The translations under genes were made by a program, and so were the position numbers. A stretch of 64,000 nucleotides of DNA from Candidatus Saccharimonadales bacterium (lineage in GTDB: Bacteria > Patescibacteriota > Saccharimonadia > Saccharimonadales > DATKHC01), in NCBI GenBank assembly GCA_038317055.1, contig JBBQBA010000001.1:344153-408152 (forward strand). Direction: 5' to 3'. This document shows positions 34,433 to 43,571 of this stretch, piece after piece (position 1 is the stretch's first letter; each line of letters begins with the position of its first letter). The notes under the pieces were generated by a model. It had not been told where the DNA came from, made no database searches, and was given only the letters and a program-made list of their open reading frames with translations.

Positions 34433-35288
34433 ATAGAAAATACAAAGAATAGACTATTCCTCCAAAGAAGCAATATATTGCAAATGGGGTAAGGGTTTTT
34501 GTTTTAAAATATTTAACCAAGAATCTAACAGATAAATATGCAGCTATTGCAGCACTAATCGCGCCCGCCGACATAACTCCTCTTAAATGAGCTTGAGATG
34601 GTGAAGCTAAACTGGGTAATTTAAGTAGTGCTGCAGCTCCAATAACTGGGGTAGCTAATAAAAAGCTAAATCTTGCTGCGTCTTCATGACCAAGTCCAGA
34701 CAGTAAACCACCTGCTATTGATGTTCCTGATCTTGAAATTCCAGGTATTAATGCAAAAGATTGGGCAACTCCAATACTAATGGATTGCCACCAATGTAAT
34801 TTAGCAATATTCTTATCACTTTCCTTTTCACTAACAAACTTTTGGTTAGATCTTTTTCTCAATTGTTCTGCTCCGAAAAGGATAATGCCGTTTATTATCA
34901 AAAAGAATGAAGCAATCTGGGCTGAGGCAAACAAACTCCTAAGTGATTCCTGGAACAGAAGCCCTAATATACCGGCCGGTATGGTCGCTACGACTAGCAA
35001 CCAGCCTACTTTGGCATAACTATCGTCTTTGGCTATTTCACGAGCTAGAAATGACCGATACATGGCTCCAAGAATCTTTTTCCACTCTTTAAAGAAGAAG
35101 AAAAACAGAACCACGGCTGTTGCAAAGTGAGTTGCTACCAAGAATGTTAGGAAATATGGTGCATTTTGATCTAAGTGCCAACCAAATATATTTGGTAGAA
35201 TCACACTGTTACCTAAGCTAGAAACTGGGAAAAGTTCCGTTACACCCTGAAGTATGCCCATTATTATTGCTTGAAATAGAGTAATCAT
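34425..35288 (-). CDS. uppP: undecaprenyl-diphosphate phosphatase
   Basis: 287 aa. Contains GILQGVTELFPVSSLG and PGISRSGTSIAGGLL, the BacA/UppP signatures. Confidence 0.9.
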   Translation of the reverse strand: MITLFQAIIMGILQGVTELFPVSSLGNSVILPNIFGWHLDQNAPYFLTFLVATHFATAVVLFFFFFKEWKKILGAMYRSFLAREIAKDDSYAKVGWLLVVATIPAGILGLLFQESLRSLFASAQIASFFLIINGIILFGAEQLRKRSNQKFVSEKESDKNIAKLHWWQSISIGVAQSFALIPGISRSGTSIAGGLLSGLGHEDAARFSFLLATPVIGAAALLKLPSLASPSQAHLRGVMSAGAISAAIAAYLSVRFLVKYFKTKTLTPFAIYCFFGGIVYSLYFLFK

Positions 35289-35357
35289 GTTCTATAAAGA
35301 ATACAGATTTACTGATGAAAATAAAAACTTTTGAATTAGAATAGTATAAGTTGGAAT

Positions 35358-35449
35358 GGAGAGGTGTCCGAGTGGTTTAAGGTGCTGCTTTCGAAAAGCA
35401 GTGTACGGTTTATCCCGTACCGGGGGTTCGAATCCCTTCCTCTCCGCCA
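35358..35449 (+). tRNA. tRNA-Ser (anticodon CGA), CCA encoded
   Basis: GGAGAGGTGTCCGAGTGGTTTAAGGTGCTGCTTTCGAAAAGCAG...GGGGGTTCGAATCCCTTCCTCTCCGCCA. Anticodon stem CTGCT/AGCAG, loop TTCGAAA, long variable arm. Confidence 0.9.
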
Positions 35450-35723
35450 ATTCGAGGTCTAGAAGAGTGAGTTAAAGTATCATCAAGCCCATTTCAAGGA
35501 ATGCGTATCATAATAGTACTTGGCCATAATACAACAACTAAGGGATTGACTATACACAATGCCAAAAGACCTGCTCCAAGATATAAAAAAAATAGCTAAC
35601 TAAAAGAAGTACTAGTACCTTTTAGTTAAAATATTAAATGCATTTTATTATCTCGTTTATGGCTGAGATGTTGTCTAAATAAATAATGTGATGAAATTCG
35701 GTTTTTTGATCTATTATTAGTAT

Positions 35724-35912
35724 ATGGCAAGTGGATTTGTAATATCATTACTCGTCGGTTGTGGTTCGGGCTTTTGGATGTTCCAGCGATTTCAGAGGTC
35801 ATCTGGCGGGAATAAGAAGAACTCAGCAATTGCATCGGTTGTAGTTGCAATACTAATAACTGTCGTCGGAACTATAGTATTAGATATGGTGTTTAAAAAA
35901 TTTCATAAATAA
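35724..35912 (+). CDS. small hypothetical membrane protein
   Basis: 62 aa with two hydrophobic segments and no clear RBS. The antisense ORF 35626-35850 looks less protein-like. Confidence 0.3.
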   Translation: MASGFVISLLVGCGSGFWMFQRFQRSSGGNKKNSAIASVVVAILITVVGTIVLDMVFKKFHK

Positions 35913-35979
35913 AAATTGTAAATTTGACTGGCCGTTTAGTACTAATTATCTTGGTTTTTACTGGTTAAATTAGTATGAT

Positions 35980-36831
35980 ATGGCTATGGATGAGGTGGGA
36001 CTTGGAAAGTCACTACAAAGAGCACGCCAAAAAGCTGGCATTACTCAACAAGAGTTGTGCCAAAAAGCTGGTTTAAGCTATTCAACTCTGGCAAAGATAG
36101 AAAGAGGTGCTATTAAGTCCCCTTCTATATTTACTATTCAGCGTATTTCACAAGCCCTAGGAGTGGATTTAAACCAGTTAATTGGCGTATTACCACCTAA
36201 TGCTCAGACTTCTACTAAAAAGCGATCTAAAATTGGCGTAAGATTTGTCTATTTTGACATAAATGGTTGTCTGGTTAGGTTCTATCATAAAGCATTCACT
36301 AAAATTGCTAGCGAAACAGGTTTGGGCGCTGAGGCGATTGAAACTGCATTTTGGCACTATAATGACTTAGCTTGTAGGGGTGAAATAAGTTTAGATCAGT
36401 TTAATACGAAGTTCTCTGATAAACTAAACATTCCCAAGATAGATTGGGCAACGTATTATCTTGACGCGGTTGAACCAATATCTGAGATGCAGGAACTATT
36501 ACAATATGCATCAGAAAACTACCACGTTGGTTTACTAAGTAATATTATGTCCGGGTTAATAGATGACTTAAGGAACCATAAATTAATTCCGGACATTAAC
36601 TACTCTGCGGTTATTGATTCTTCTCAAGTGGGAGCTGTAAAACCAGAAGCTAAAATATACGAGGTAGCTCAAGAAAAAGCTGGAGTTGCAGCAAGTGAAA
36701 TACTTCTAGTGGATGATTCTAGATCAAATTTGATGGCAGCTGAGAAAATGGGCTGGCATGTTCTTTGGTTTGATGATTATGAACCGCTTGAAAGCATACC
36801 TAAAATAAAAGAATCTTTGGCTTTCAATTAA
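35980..36831 (+). CDS. XRE-family HTH domain fused to a HAD-superfamily hydrolase domain
   Basis: 283 aa. N-terminus: LGKSLQRARQKAGITQQELCQKAGLSYSTLAKIERG. The C-terminal half has HAD motifs: VYFDINGCL (motif I-like), LLSN, and LLVDDSRSNLMAAEKMGW (motif IV-like). Confidence 0.7.
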   Translation: MAMDEVGLGKSLQRARQKAGITQQELCQKAGLSYSTLAKIERGAIKSPSIFTIQRISQALGVDLNQLIGVLPPNAQTSTKKRSKIGVRFVYFDINGCLVRFYHKAFTKIASETGLGAEAIETAFWHYNDLACRGEISLDQFNTKFSDKLNIPKIDWATYYLDAVEPISEMQELLQYASENYHVGLLSNIMSGLIDDLRNHKLIPDINYSAVIDSSQVGAVKPEAKIYEVAQEKAGVAASEILLVDDSRSNLMAAEKMGWHVLWFDDYEPLESIPKIKESLAFN

Positions 36832-36913
36832 TATATCGTTTTCGTCTTTTTAGACTCATCAGTATGAACATACATTCATAAAACGATAAATCAATTCAAA
36901 TAGTAGGTAGGGT

Positions 36914-36955
36914 GTGGTGAGGAGTTAAAAAATTAACCCAATAACTCCTCACCAC
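36914..36955. terminator. 13-bp perfect stem-loop between convergent genes (no U-tract)
   Basis: GTGGTGAGGAGTT, then a 16-nt loop, then AACTCCTCACCAC. Confidence 0.45.
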
Positions 36956-36986
36956 CCCAATAAATGATTTATTTGACTCATCTGAC

Positions 36987-37277
36987 TCAGACCCCTGAAG
37001 CACGTGCCAAGGAAAAGAGCTCCAGACCCCAGATGAAAGTCGTAAACATAGTGATTACACAAATAATTGCAGCAATGCCACTAATCCATGAAGTTTCATG
37101 GCTGTCTTTTGCGCTACCTGCAAGAGCAAGAGTAACTAAGAATATAACTGCGCTAGCAAGAAACTTAATACTAGGACCAACTAGTCCTGGTCTACCAAGG
37201 ACTACAGACTCAACAGCTATAACAACCGTCAAAAATATAACTATACCGATTAATACATACTTCAAGCTTGCCCACAT
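36987..37277 (-). CDS. small hypothetical membrane protein
   Basis: 96 aa with three clean TM helices (MWASLKYVLIGIVIFLTVVIAV...). I prefer it to the overlapping plus-strand ORF 36964-37365. Confidence 0.45.
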   Translation of the reverse strand: MWASLKYVLIGIVIFLTVVIAVESVVLGRPGLVGPSIKFLASAVIFLVTLALAGSAKDSHETSWISGIAAIICVITMFTTFIWGLELFSLARASGV

Positions 37278-37392
37278 TTTACACTCCTTTATTAGTCGTG
37301 TGCGGCTACATTTCCTACTAAATGAATTGATAATGTACTATCTCAGCTCCTTAAGATCGAAATAGACGATTATAATGTCATAGAACTACGGT

Positions 37393-39954
37393 TTAATCAA
37401 GGTAAGATTTATATTGAGCCACATTAGATATTAGGCCTATTTTCGTTTCTTTTAGTTGATCCCTGGTTTGTTGAACTAATTGTTTCGGTGCATTATTGAC
37501 ATAAGATTTGTTGGATAACCTGCCTTCCAAGTTCTTAATGGTTTCTCTGTATTCACTAATCTGTTTCTTGAGCGAGCCAAGTATTTGCTTTAGCGAATCT
37601 TCGTCCAACTCCAACCAACAATCGAAGCTACTTTTGATTCTGAACCCTTTAGGATGTTCTGATATATCTACCGACTCTAAATTAACTAATGTTTTAATCA
37701 TGCCGGCATGCATTTTTATGAATCCATCTTCTCCATAAACTAATTTCAATTTTTTATTTAAATTAAGTTCGCTCTTAACGAACCGAATCTCAGTAACTAC
37801 TTCTTTCAACTTTTCAAAATCACGAGCTTTTTTCTTATCTATTTCTGGTATTTCTGGCCATTTACTGTTTATCAGTAGATTTTCGTCTTCCCATTTTAAA
37901 GTTTGCCAAATCGTCTCTGTTACAAAAGGAGCAAACGGGTGCATAAGTTTTAATATTGCTTCTAAACCGTATGCCAAAACACCTTTATTTAACTCATGTT
38001 TAGAGGTTTCTATATACCAATCTGCAAAATCATCCCAAACTAAATGATAAATTACCTCATATGCTTCATTAAACTTATATTTTTCCAAATAACTAGAGAT
38101 TTGATCACTTGCCTTCTTTATTCTTAACAAGATCCATTCATCTTGACTTGAAGCTGATTTTTGGTTTAGTCGTAGTTCAAAATCGTCACCTATATTTACT
38201 TCGACAAATCTAGCTATATTCCAGAGTTTATTACTGAAATTGCGTGCTTCTTCGACTCGTCTAATATCGAAACTTCGGTTTACAGCTGCTACCCTACCAC
38301 TAATTATTCCCATTCTAAGAGCGTCGGAGCCATAGCTTTCTATAACCGGCAGAGGGTCTATTACATTTCCAACAGACTTGCTCATTTTTGAACCATCATC
38401 GGCCATTACATAACCATGAATATAGACGTCTTTAAAAGGAACCTTCCCTGTTACATAAAGTCCTAGCATTATCATTCGACATACCCATTGGTATAGAATT
38501 TCCCCACCAGTTTCCATCAAACTTAGTGGATAGAACTTCTGGTAATCTTTTCCGTCTGGATAATTAAGGGTTGAATATGGCCATTGACCACTGGAGAACC
38601 AAGTATCGAAAACATCTGGATCTCGTCTGTAAGTGTGGTTATTCACTGTAATAATTTCTTCAGTTACTCGATCGTCAAAGATCCAATCATCAGGTTCGTC
38701 AACATTTTGAAAAGCAGGAATCGGAATACCCCAAGGAATTTGACGGCTTATATTCCAATCCCTGATATTTTTCAAATATTCTATAGATTGTTTTAGCTTA
38801 CTTTTTGGATAAAATGTAATATTTCCTGCCTCGAGTGCTTTAATTGCCTTTTCAGCTAAGGGCTTCATACTGACAAACCATTGATCCCGTAATAGTGGTT
38901 GAATAACAGTTCCACATTTATAACAGTGGCCAACGCGGTGCGAATAGGTCTCTTCTTTAACTAAAAACCCCTGCTCTTTTAAATCCTTAACAATTAATCG
39001 TCTTGCATCATCTACTGGTAATTCCCTATAACGCTCAGGAACGTTGTCGGCCATAGTTCCCTTTGTAGTAATAACAGTTATCAAGGGTAATGAGTGACGA
39101 ACGGAGACGTCATAGTCATTAATATCATGTGCTGGAGTAATTTTAACTGCACCGGTTCCAAACTTAGGGTCAACCATATCATCAGCGACAATTGGTACTT
39201 CCCTTCCAGTCAGGGGTAATTTGATGGTTTTACCGATATATTTTGAGTATTTTGCATCTTTAGGATTCACAGCTACTGCAGTGTCACCAAGCATTGTTTC
39301 AGGTCTGGAAGTAGCTACAGTAATCTCACCACTACTATCTTGCAAGGGGTATTTTATATACCAAAGTCTACCCTGTCCTGTTTTATAAACCACTTCTATA
39401 TCCGAAAATGATGTTCCGTGAAAAGTACAGAAATTAACTAGTCTTTCACCTCTGTAAATCAACTTATCATTCCACATCTGTTGAAATGTTGAATATGCTT
39501 GCTTAACTATTTTTTCATCTAAAGTATAAGTAAAATGACTCCAATCAGCACTTAAACCCATCTGTCTTACTTGATTTACTACGTTTTTCTTGTTGAATTC
39601 TACAAAATCCCAGACCTGGGAATATAATTCTTCACGACTATAATCGAATCTGGTCTTCCCTTTTTTATTTAGCTGTTTCTCATAAACAACCCAAGTTTCA
39701 AAACCAGCATGATCTGCCCCAGGAATTAGAAGAGTGTCTTTTCCTTTCAGGCGATGGTATCTGATGGCAATATCTTCAAGAGCCCCTGTTAGTGCGTGGC
39801 CTAGATGGAGATTTGCATTTGCATTAGGTGGTGGCATTACCACGCTATAGTAATCAGAAGAATCTAGCTTTGGCTTAAAAGCCCCTGATTTCTCCCATAA
39901 TTCGTAGATATCGGACTCGTACTGATTCGGTTCGTAAACACTTGGTAATTTCAT
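37393..39954 (-). CDS. valS: valine--tRNA ligase
   Basis: 853 aa. PPPNANANLHLGHAL (HIGH region) and KMSKSVGN (KMSKS), plus a C-terminal coiled coil. Confidence 0.95.
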   Translation of the reverse strand: MKLPSVYEPNQYESDIYELWEKSGAFKPKLDSSDYYSVVMPPPNANANLHLGHALTGALEDIAIRYHRLKGKDTLLIPGADHAGFETWVVYEKQLNKKGKTRFDYSREELYSQVWDFVEFNKKNVVNQVRQMGLSADWSHFTYTLDEKIVKQAYSTFQQMWNDKLIYRGERLVNFCTFHGTSFSDIEVVYKTGQGRLWYIKYPLQDSSGEITVATSRPETMLGDTAVAVNPKDAKYSKYIGKTIKLPLTGREVPIVADDMVDPKFGTGAVKITPAHDINDYDVSVRHSLPLITVITTKGTMADNVPERYRELPVDDARRLIVKDLKEQGFLVKEETYSHRVGHCYKCGTVIQPLLRDQWFVSMKPLAEKAIKALEAGNITFYPKSKLKQSIEYLKNIRDWNISRQIPWGIPIPAFQNVDEPDDWIFDDRVTEEIITVNNHTYRRDPDVFDTWFSSGQWPYSTLNYPDGKDYQKFYPLSLMETGGEILYQWVCRMIMLGLYVTGKVPFKDVYIHGYVMADDGSKMSKSVGNVIDPLPVIESYGSDALRMGIISGRVAAVNRSFDIRRVEEARNFSNKLWNIARFVEVNIGDDFELRLNQKSASSQDEWILLRIKKASDQISSYLEKYKFNEAYEVIYHLVWDDFADWYIETSKHELNKGVLAYGLEAILKLMHPFAPFVTETIWQTLKWEDENLLINSKWPEIPEIDKKKARDFEKLKEVVTEIRFVKSELNLNKKLKLVYGEDGFIKMHAGMIKTLVNLESVDISEHPKGFRIKSSFDCWLELDEDSLKQILGSLKKQISEYRETIKNLEGRLSNKSYVNNAPKQLVQQTRDQLKETKIGLISNVAQYKSYLD

Positions 39955-40232
39955 AATCTCTTAGTATTTTAACGGAAATAATCGGAACTTCAGAATAACA
40001 TCTAACAAAAGCTTTGACTACTTACATTTAGGTTCACGTGAAAGACAAATTTAAACCCAACTTTCCCGAGAAAGCCCTTACATAGACAAGACCAAAGCTT
40101 TTGTTTCAGATGTGCGACCTGTATGGGTTTACAGGCATTACCAGATTTTTTGTTTTCGTAGTTAAGCATAACCGCACTTAATAAATGAGGCAATAGATAT
40201 TTAAATTAAACAGCATTTCACCACTGTTAAAA

Positions 40233-41294
40233 TTACATACTTAAGTTGGGTTTGATTGTCAGAATGTAAGGATCTGCTATACCAACTTTATAGCTAGCTT
40301 GGAAGCAGCCTAGGGCAGCAATCATTGCTCCATTGTCGGTACAAAGTTTACGATCGGTATATTCAATTTCAACTGGAAGTCGATTAGCTAATTGATCTCT
40401 TAATATCTGATTACTAGCAACTCCTCCACCAATTACGATTGACTTAGGTTTGAATTCTTCGAATGCCATAACAGTCTTATCAACGATGGTTTCGATCACG
40501 ACACGTTGGAAACTAGCTGCAATGTTAGCCTTTTGAAACTCATTTAAGCGTTCTGACAGCTTTGTAGAAGGGAAGTTATAATCTTCACCTATTAGACTTT
40601 GACCTAGCCTTAGAACGGCTGTTTTAATACCAGAAAAACTAAAATCATATTTATTAGCTAGTTTAGATTTTGGAAGGGGATAAGCATAGGGGTCACCTTT
40701 AATCGCTAAGTTGTTAAGCCTAGGACCTCCTGGGTAGGGAAGACCAAGGATTTTGGCCACCTTATCGAAAGCTTCGCCTATAGCATCATCTCTAGTTTGT
40801 CCTAAAAGTTTATATTTAAAATGATCTTCAAAATAGACAAGTTGACTATGCGCACCGCTGACAATCAATCCAAGCATCGGGAATACAGGTGATTTTGTGG
40901 GAAGTTTGTAGTTTTTCAGGGTCGTATCAATCAAGAAATTGGCATACAAATGTCCTTCAACGTGATTCACTTTATAAAGTGGTTTATCTTTTATGATGGC
41001 TAAAGTCCGTGCAGTAATTACACCTATTAACAGGGAACCACCTAGACCTGCCCCGTAAGTAACAGCGATTCCATCTACTTCTGCCCAAGTCGTTTTAGCA
41101 TCCTTTAATGCTTGCTCAACAACAGGTATCATTGGCTCAATATGACTTCTAGCTGCTATTTCAGGTACCACACCACCATAAGCCGCAAATAAATCCATGC
41201 TACTGGATACTACGTTACTGAGTAATATGTGGCCATCTTCGACTATTGACGCCGATGTTTCATCAAAACTTGTTTCTATACCTAATATTTTCAT
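40233..41294 (-). CDS. tsaD: tRNA N6-adenosine threonylcarbamoyltransferase
   Basis: 353 aa. ILGIETSFDETSASIV, NHVEGHLYA and GGVASN (Kae1/TsaD motifs). Confidence 0.9.
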   Translation of the reverse strand: MKILGIETSFDETSASIVEDGHILLSNVVSSSMDLFAAYGGVVPEIAARSHIEPMIPVVEQALKDAKTTWAEVDGIAVTYGAGLGGSLLIGVITARTLAIIKDKPLYKVNHVEGHLYANFLIDTTLKNYKLPTKSPVFPMLGLIVSGAHSQLVYFEDHFKYKLLGQTRDDAIGEAFDKVAKILGLPYPGGPRLNNLAIKGDPYAYPLPKSKLANKYDFSFSGIKTAVLRLGQSLIGEDYNFPSTKLSERLNEFQKANIAASFQRVVIETIVDKTVMAFEEFKPKSIVIGGGVASNQILRDQLANRLPVEIEYTDRKLCTDNGAMIAALGCFQASYKVGIADPYILTIKPNLSM

Positions 41295-41324
41295 TCAGAA
41301 ATCAGTATACTGTATGAAGTTACT

Positions 41325-42692
41325 ATGAGCTTCAGAAGTTTAGTTAAAAAAGTTATCCCAACTCAACTCTTTAAGAAAATAGAGCCTTTTGGTCATTGGC
41401 TTGAAGCAGTTCTAGCTCAAACACTAAGCGGTTTTCCAGCGCGTAATCTAAAGGTGATCGGCGTAACCGGCACCGATGGTAAAACTACAACTTGTAGTCT
41501 CATAACACAACTTCTTAGACACAATGGCTATAAGGTAGCAATGATGACTACTATTTCTATTGATCTCGGCGACGGCAGGGGAGAGCAACCCAATCCGAGC
41601 CGTTTAACAACTGTCGGTGCACGTGCATTAGCTCAAAAACTCAAATTAATTAAAGGGGCAGGAGCTGAGTGGTTAGTTCTCGAGACAACTTCACAGGCTT
41701 TGGCCCAATACAGGGTATGGGGAGTTCCATATTCTATTGCAGTCATGACCAATATTAATCATGAGCATCTCGATTATCATGGAACTTTTGAGAATTACAG
41801 AAAGGCCAAGAGAAAATTATTTCAGCTGACTAACTCAAATAAAAGAGGATATCGTGTTGGAATTGTTAATTCAGATGACCCAAGTGCTCAGTTATTTGCA
41901 AGTGCCGTTAAAAATCCGCTATCCTACGGTGTTAAAACTGGAGATTTAAAAGCAGTAGACATTAAAATGACTGCTTCAGGTAGTAATTATGTAGCCAAGA
42001 TTGCAGAAGATATCTATAAAATTACCTGTAACTTACCCGGCAGTTTTAATGTATATAACTCTTTAGCTACCGTCGCAGTGGGCAGGACAATCGGTTTAGA
42101 CCCAAAATCTATTGAAGAGGGAATTGCTGAACTTAAAACCGTTGAGGGTAGAATGAATTCAGTTGACGAAGGACAAAACTTTGAGGTAATTGTAGATTAT
42201 GCCCACACACCTGAGAGCTTTGAAAAGATATTTAAAGAAGTTAGACCTCTAGTTAAAAACCGAATGATTGTTGTCTTTGGTAGTGCAGGGAGGCGTGATG
42301 AAGAAAAAAGATACCAACAGGGTGAAATTGCTGGGAAGTTATGCGACATTGTAGTTGCAACTGAGGAAGATGATAGGGATATGGATGGACTAGAAATTCT
42401 AGAGCAAATCGCCAGAGGGGCAGGGAAGTCAGGCAAGATTAAAGATAAAAACCTATTTTTAATCCATAAAAGGGAAGAAGCAATACAGTACGCGGTGAAC
42501 ATGGCAAAAGCAGGTGACGTGATATTACTACTAGGTAAGGGTCATGAAAAGTCTATTTTAACAAATGGGCCCCAAGCTGCCGAATTAAGACATTTACCTC
42601 AAGATGATACCGACCCCAGACGAGTAATTAAACTCGATTTTGACGAAGTATCCGTAGCTAGAAAAGTACTAAAAACGCTTAAAAATCGATAA
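41325..42692 (+). CDS. murE: Mur ligase, MurE-type (UDP-MurNAc-L-Ala-D-Glu--diamino acid ligase); substrate uncertain
   Basis: 455 aa. VIGVTGTDGKTTT, NINHEHLDYHG, VDYAHTPES and FGSAGRRDEEKR. A short N-terminal domain, and EDDR where the DNPR motif is expected. Confidence 0.75.
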   Translation: MSFRSLVKKVIPTQLFKKIEPFGHWLEAVLAQTLSGFPARNLKVIGVTGTDGKTTTCSLITQLLRHNGYKVAMMTTISIDLGDGRGEQPNPSRLTTVGARALAQKLKLIKGAGAEWLVLETTSQALAQYRVWGVPYSIAVMTNINHEHLDYHGTFENYRKAKRKLFQLTNSNKRGYRVGIVNSDDPSAQLFASAVKNPLSYGVKTGDLKAVDIKMTASGSNYVAKIAEDIYKITCNLPGSFNVYNSLATVAVGRTIGLDPKSIEEGIAELKTVEGRMNSVDEGQNFEVIVDYAHTPESFEKIFKEVRPLVKNRMIVVFGSAGRRDEEKRYQQGEIAGKLCDIVVATEEDDRDMDGLEILEQIARGAGKSGKIKDKNLFLIHKREEAIQYAVNMAKAGDVILLLGKGHEKSILTNGPQAAELRHLPQDDTDPRRVIKLDFDEVSVARKVLKTLKNR

Positions 42693-42713
42693 AAAGCTAC
42701 CCCTGTTAGAGTA

Positions 42714-42742
42714 TTGACATTCTAAGTTATATGTGATACTAT
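42714..42742 (+). promoter_or_regulatory. sigma70-like promoter TTGACA-17-TACTAT
   Basis: A consensus -35 at 42714-42719, a 17-nt spacer, then TACTAT. It lies about 160 nt upstream of the GC-rich ORF. Confidence 0.5.
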
Positions 42743-42904
42743 ACTAATACTTTGTAGAGGTGTTAATTTATCTCCAAAGTACCTTAACAAGTTCTCTGTT
42801 ATTACCCCGTTATGGCTGGATATATTCATAAGATAACTATCTTATTTTTATACCCAGTCCATAATTTTTAACCCCCAATCAACCCTCAACCCTAGGAGAG
42901 ATGC

Positions 42905-43411
42905 ATGTTTGCTTTTATGAAGAATTTCATCAAGCGGCTCGGCTTTCCCACGTGTTCATGGTGTCAGCATCCCACTATGGGAAAGACTCTACATGTGCGT
43001 TGTGAAGCGGAAGCAGATCAAGCCTATGAAGAGTACCTTGCCCAGCAAAGTCAAGATGATGAAGCGGAGCTTCAGGTGTACCTCGAAGAACAAGCCAAGG
43101 TCGAAGAAGCAGAATATCGCCTCTATCAAGACGAAGTTGCACTTCAGGAACTGATGGACAGTTTCTGCAAAGCAACTGGCTGTTACGAGGAGTCGCTTTA
43201 TTCAAGTGGTTTGTGCGAAAAGCACCTATCTGAAGCGCATGAGCGTGATGAAGACTTCGACGAACTCGAAGACGACTTCTATGAACCAGAAGATGAGATT
43301 TGCTCAGGCATCTGTGGTCAACCCTCATACGCCTGCACTTGTGCAGAAACCGAATCATATCGTGCATTTCAAGCTGACCCCGAGACGAGAGGATCATTCT
43401 GGGTGGCATAG
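42905..43411 (+). CDS. acidic Cys-rich hypothetical protein inside a higher-G+C block
   Basis: 168 aa; AGGAGAG lies 5 nt upstream of the ATG. It is rich in E and D (DEDFDELEDDFYEPEDE) and has Cys clusters CSWCQHP...HVRC, CKATGC...GLCEKH and CSGICGQPSYACTC. Hand counts give 28-29 G+C per 60 nt here, against 20-21 in the flanks. Confidence 0.55.
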   Translation: MFAFMKNFIKRLGFPTCSWCQHPTMGKTLHVRCEAEADQAYEEYLAQQSQDDEAELQVYLEEQAKVEEAEYRLYQDEVALQELMDSFCKATGCYEESLYSSGLCEKHLSEAHERDEDFDELEDDFYEPEDEICSGICGQPSYACTCAETESYRAFQADPETRGSFWVA

Positions 43412-43571
43412 GTCATCAACAGAGAACTGCTATCGGGGTGGAGAGAAAGACAAATGTGTCGATATTTTGAGTGCTTTTTGCTCTCACATCAATCACATTT
43501 CGTTAATCCCTTCACCCTGCAGTTCCCCAAGCCCATTATTTGATAATGATTTTAGGGAACTTGAAACCAAC

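Noticed and set aside
35450-35723. Integrated element next to tRNA-Ser(CGA)
   Set aside because: I saw no downstream direct repeat of the tRNA 3' end and no integrase. There is only a 10-bp stem-loop (TAACTAAAAG...CTTTTAGTTA, 35597-35628) of unclear meaning.
36964-37365. 133-aa plus-strand ORF
   Set aside because: It overlaps a minus-strand ORF (36987-37277) whose product is a clean three-TM protein. The plus-strand translation is Ser/Thr/Arg/Pro-rich with no structure-like pattern. Confidence in either is modest.
40002-40193. 63-aa minus-strand ORF in the tsaD-valS gap
   Set aside because: It has no RBS, and its translation is Cys/Lys/Phe-rich and implausible. The region is treated as non-coding.
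39955-40232. T-box riboswitch upstream of valS
   Set aside because: I could find no T-box core sequence or specifier-loop architecture by eye. Only generic hairpins are present.
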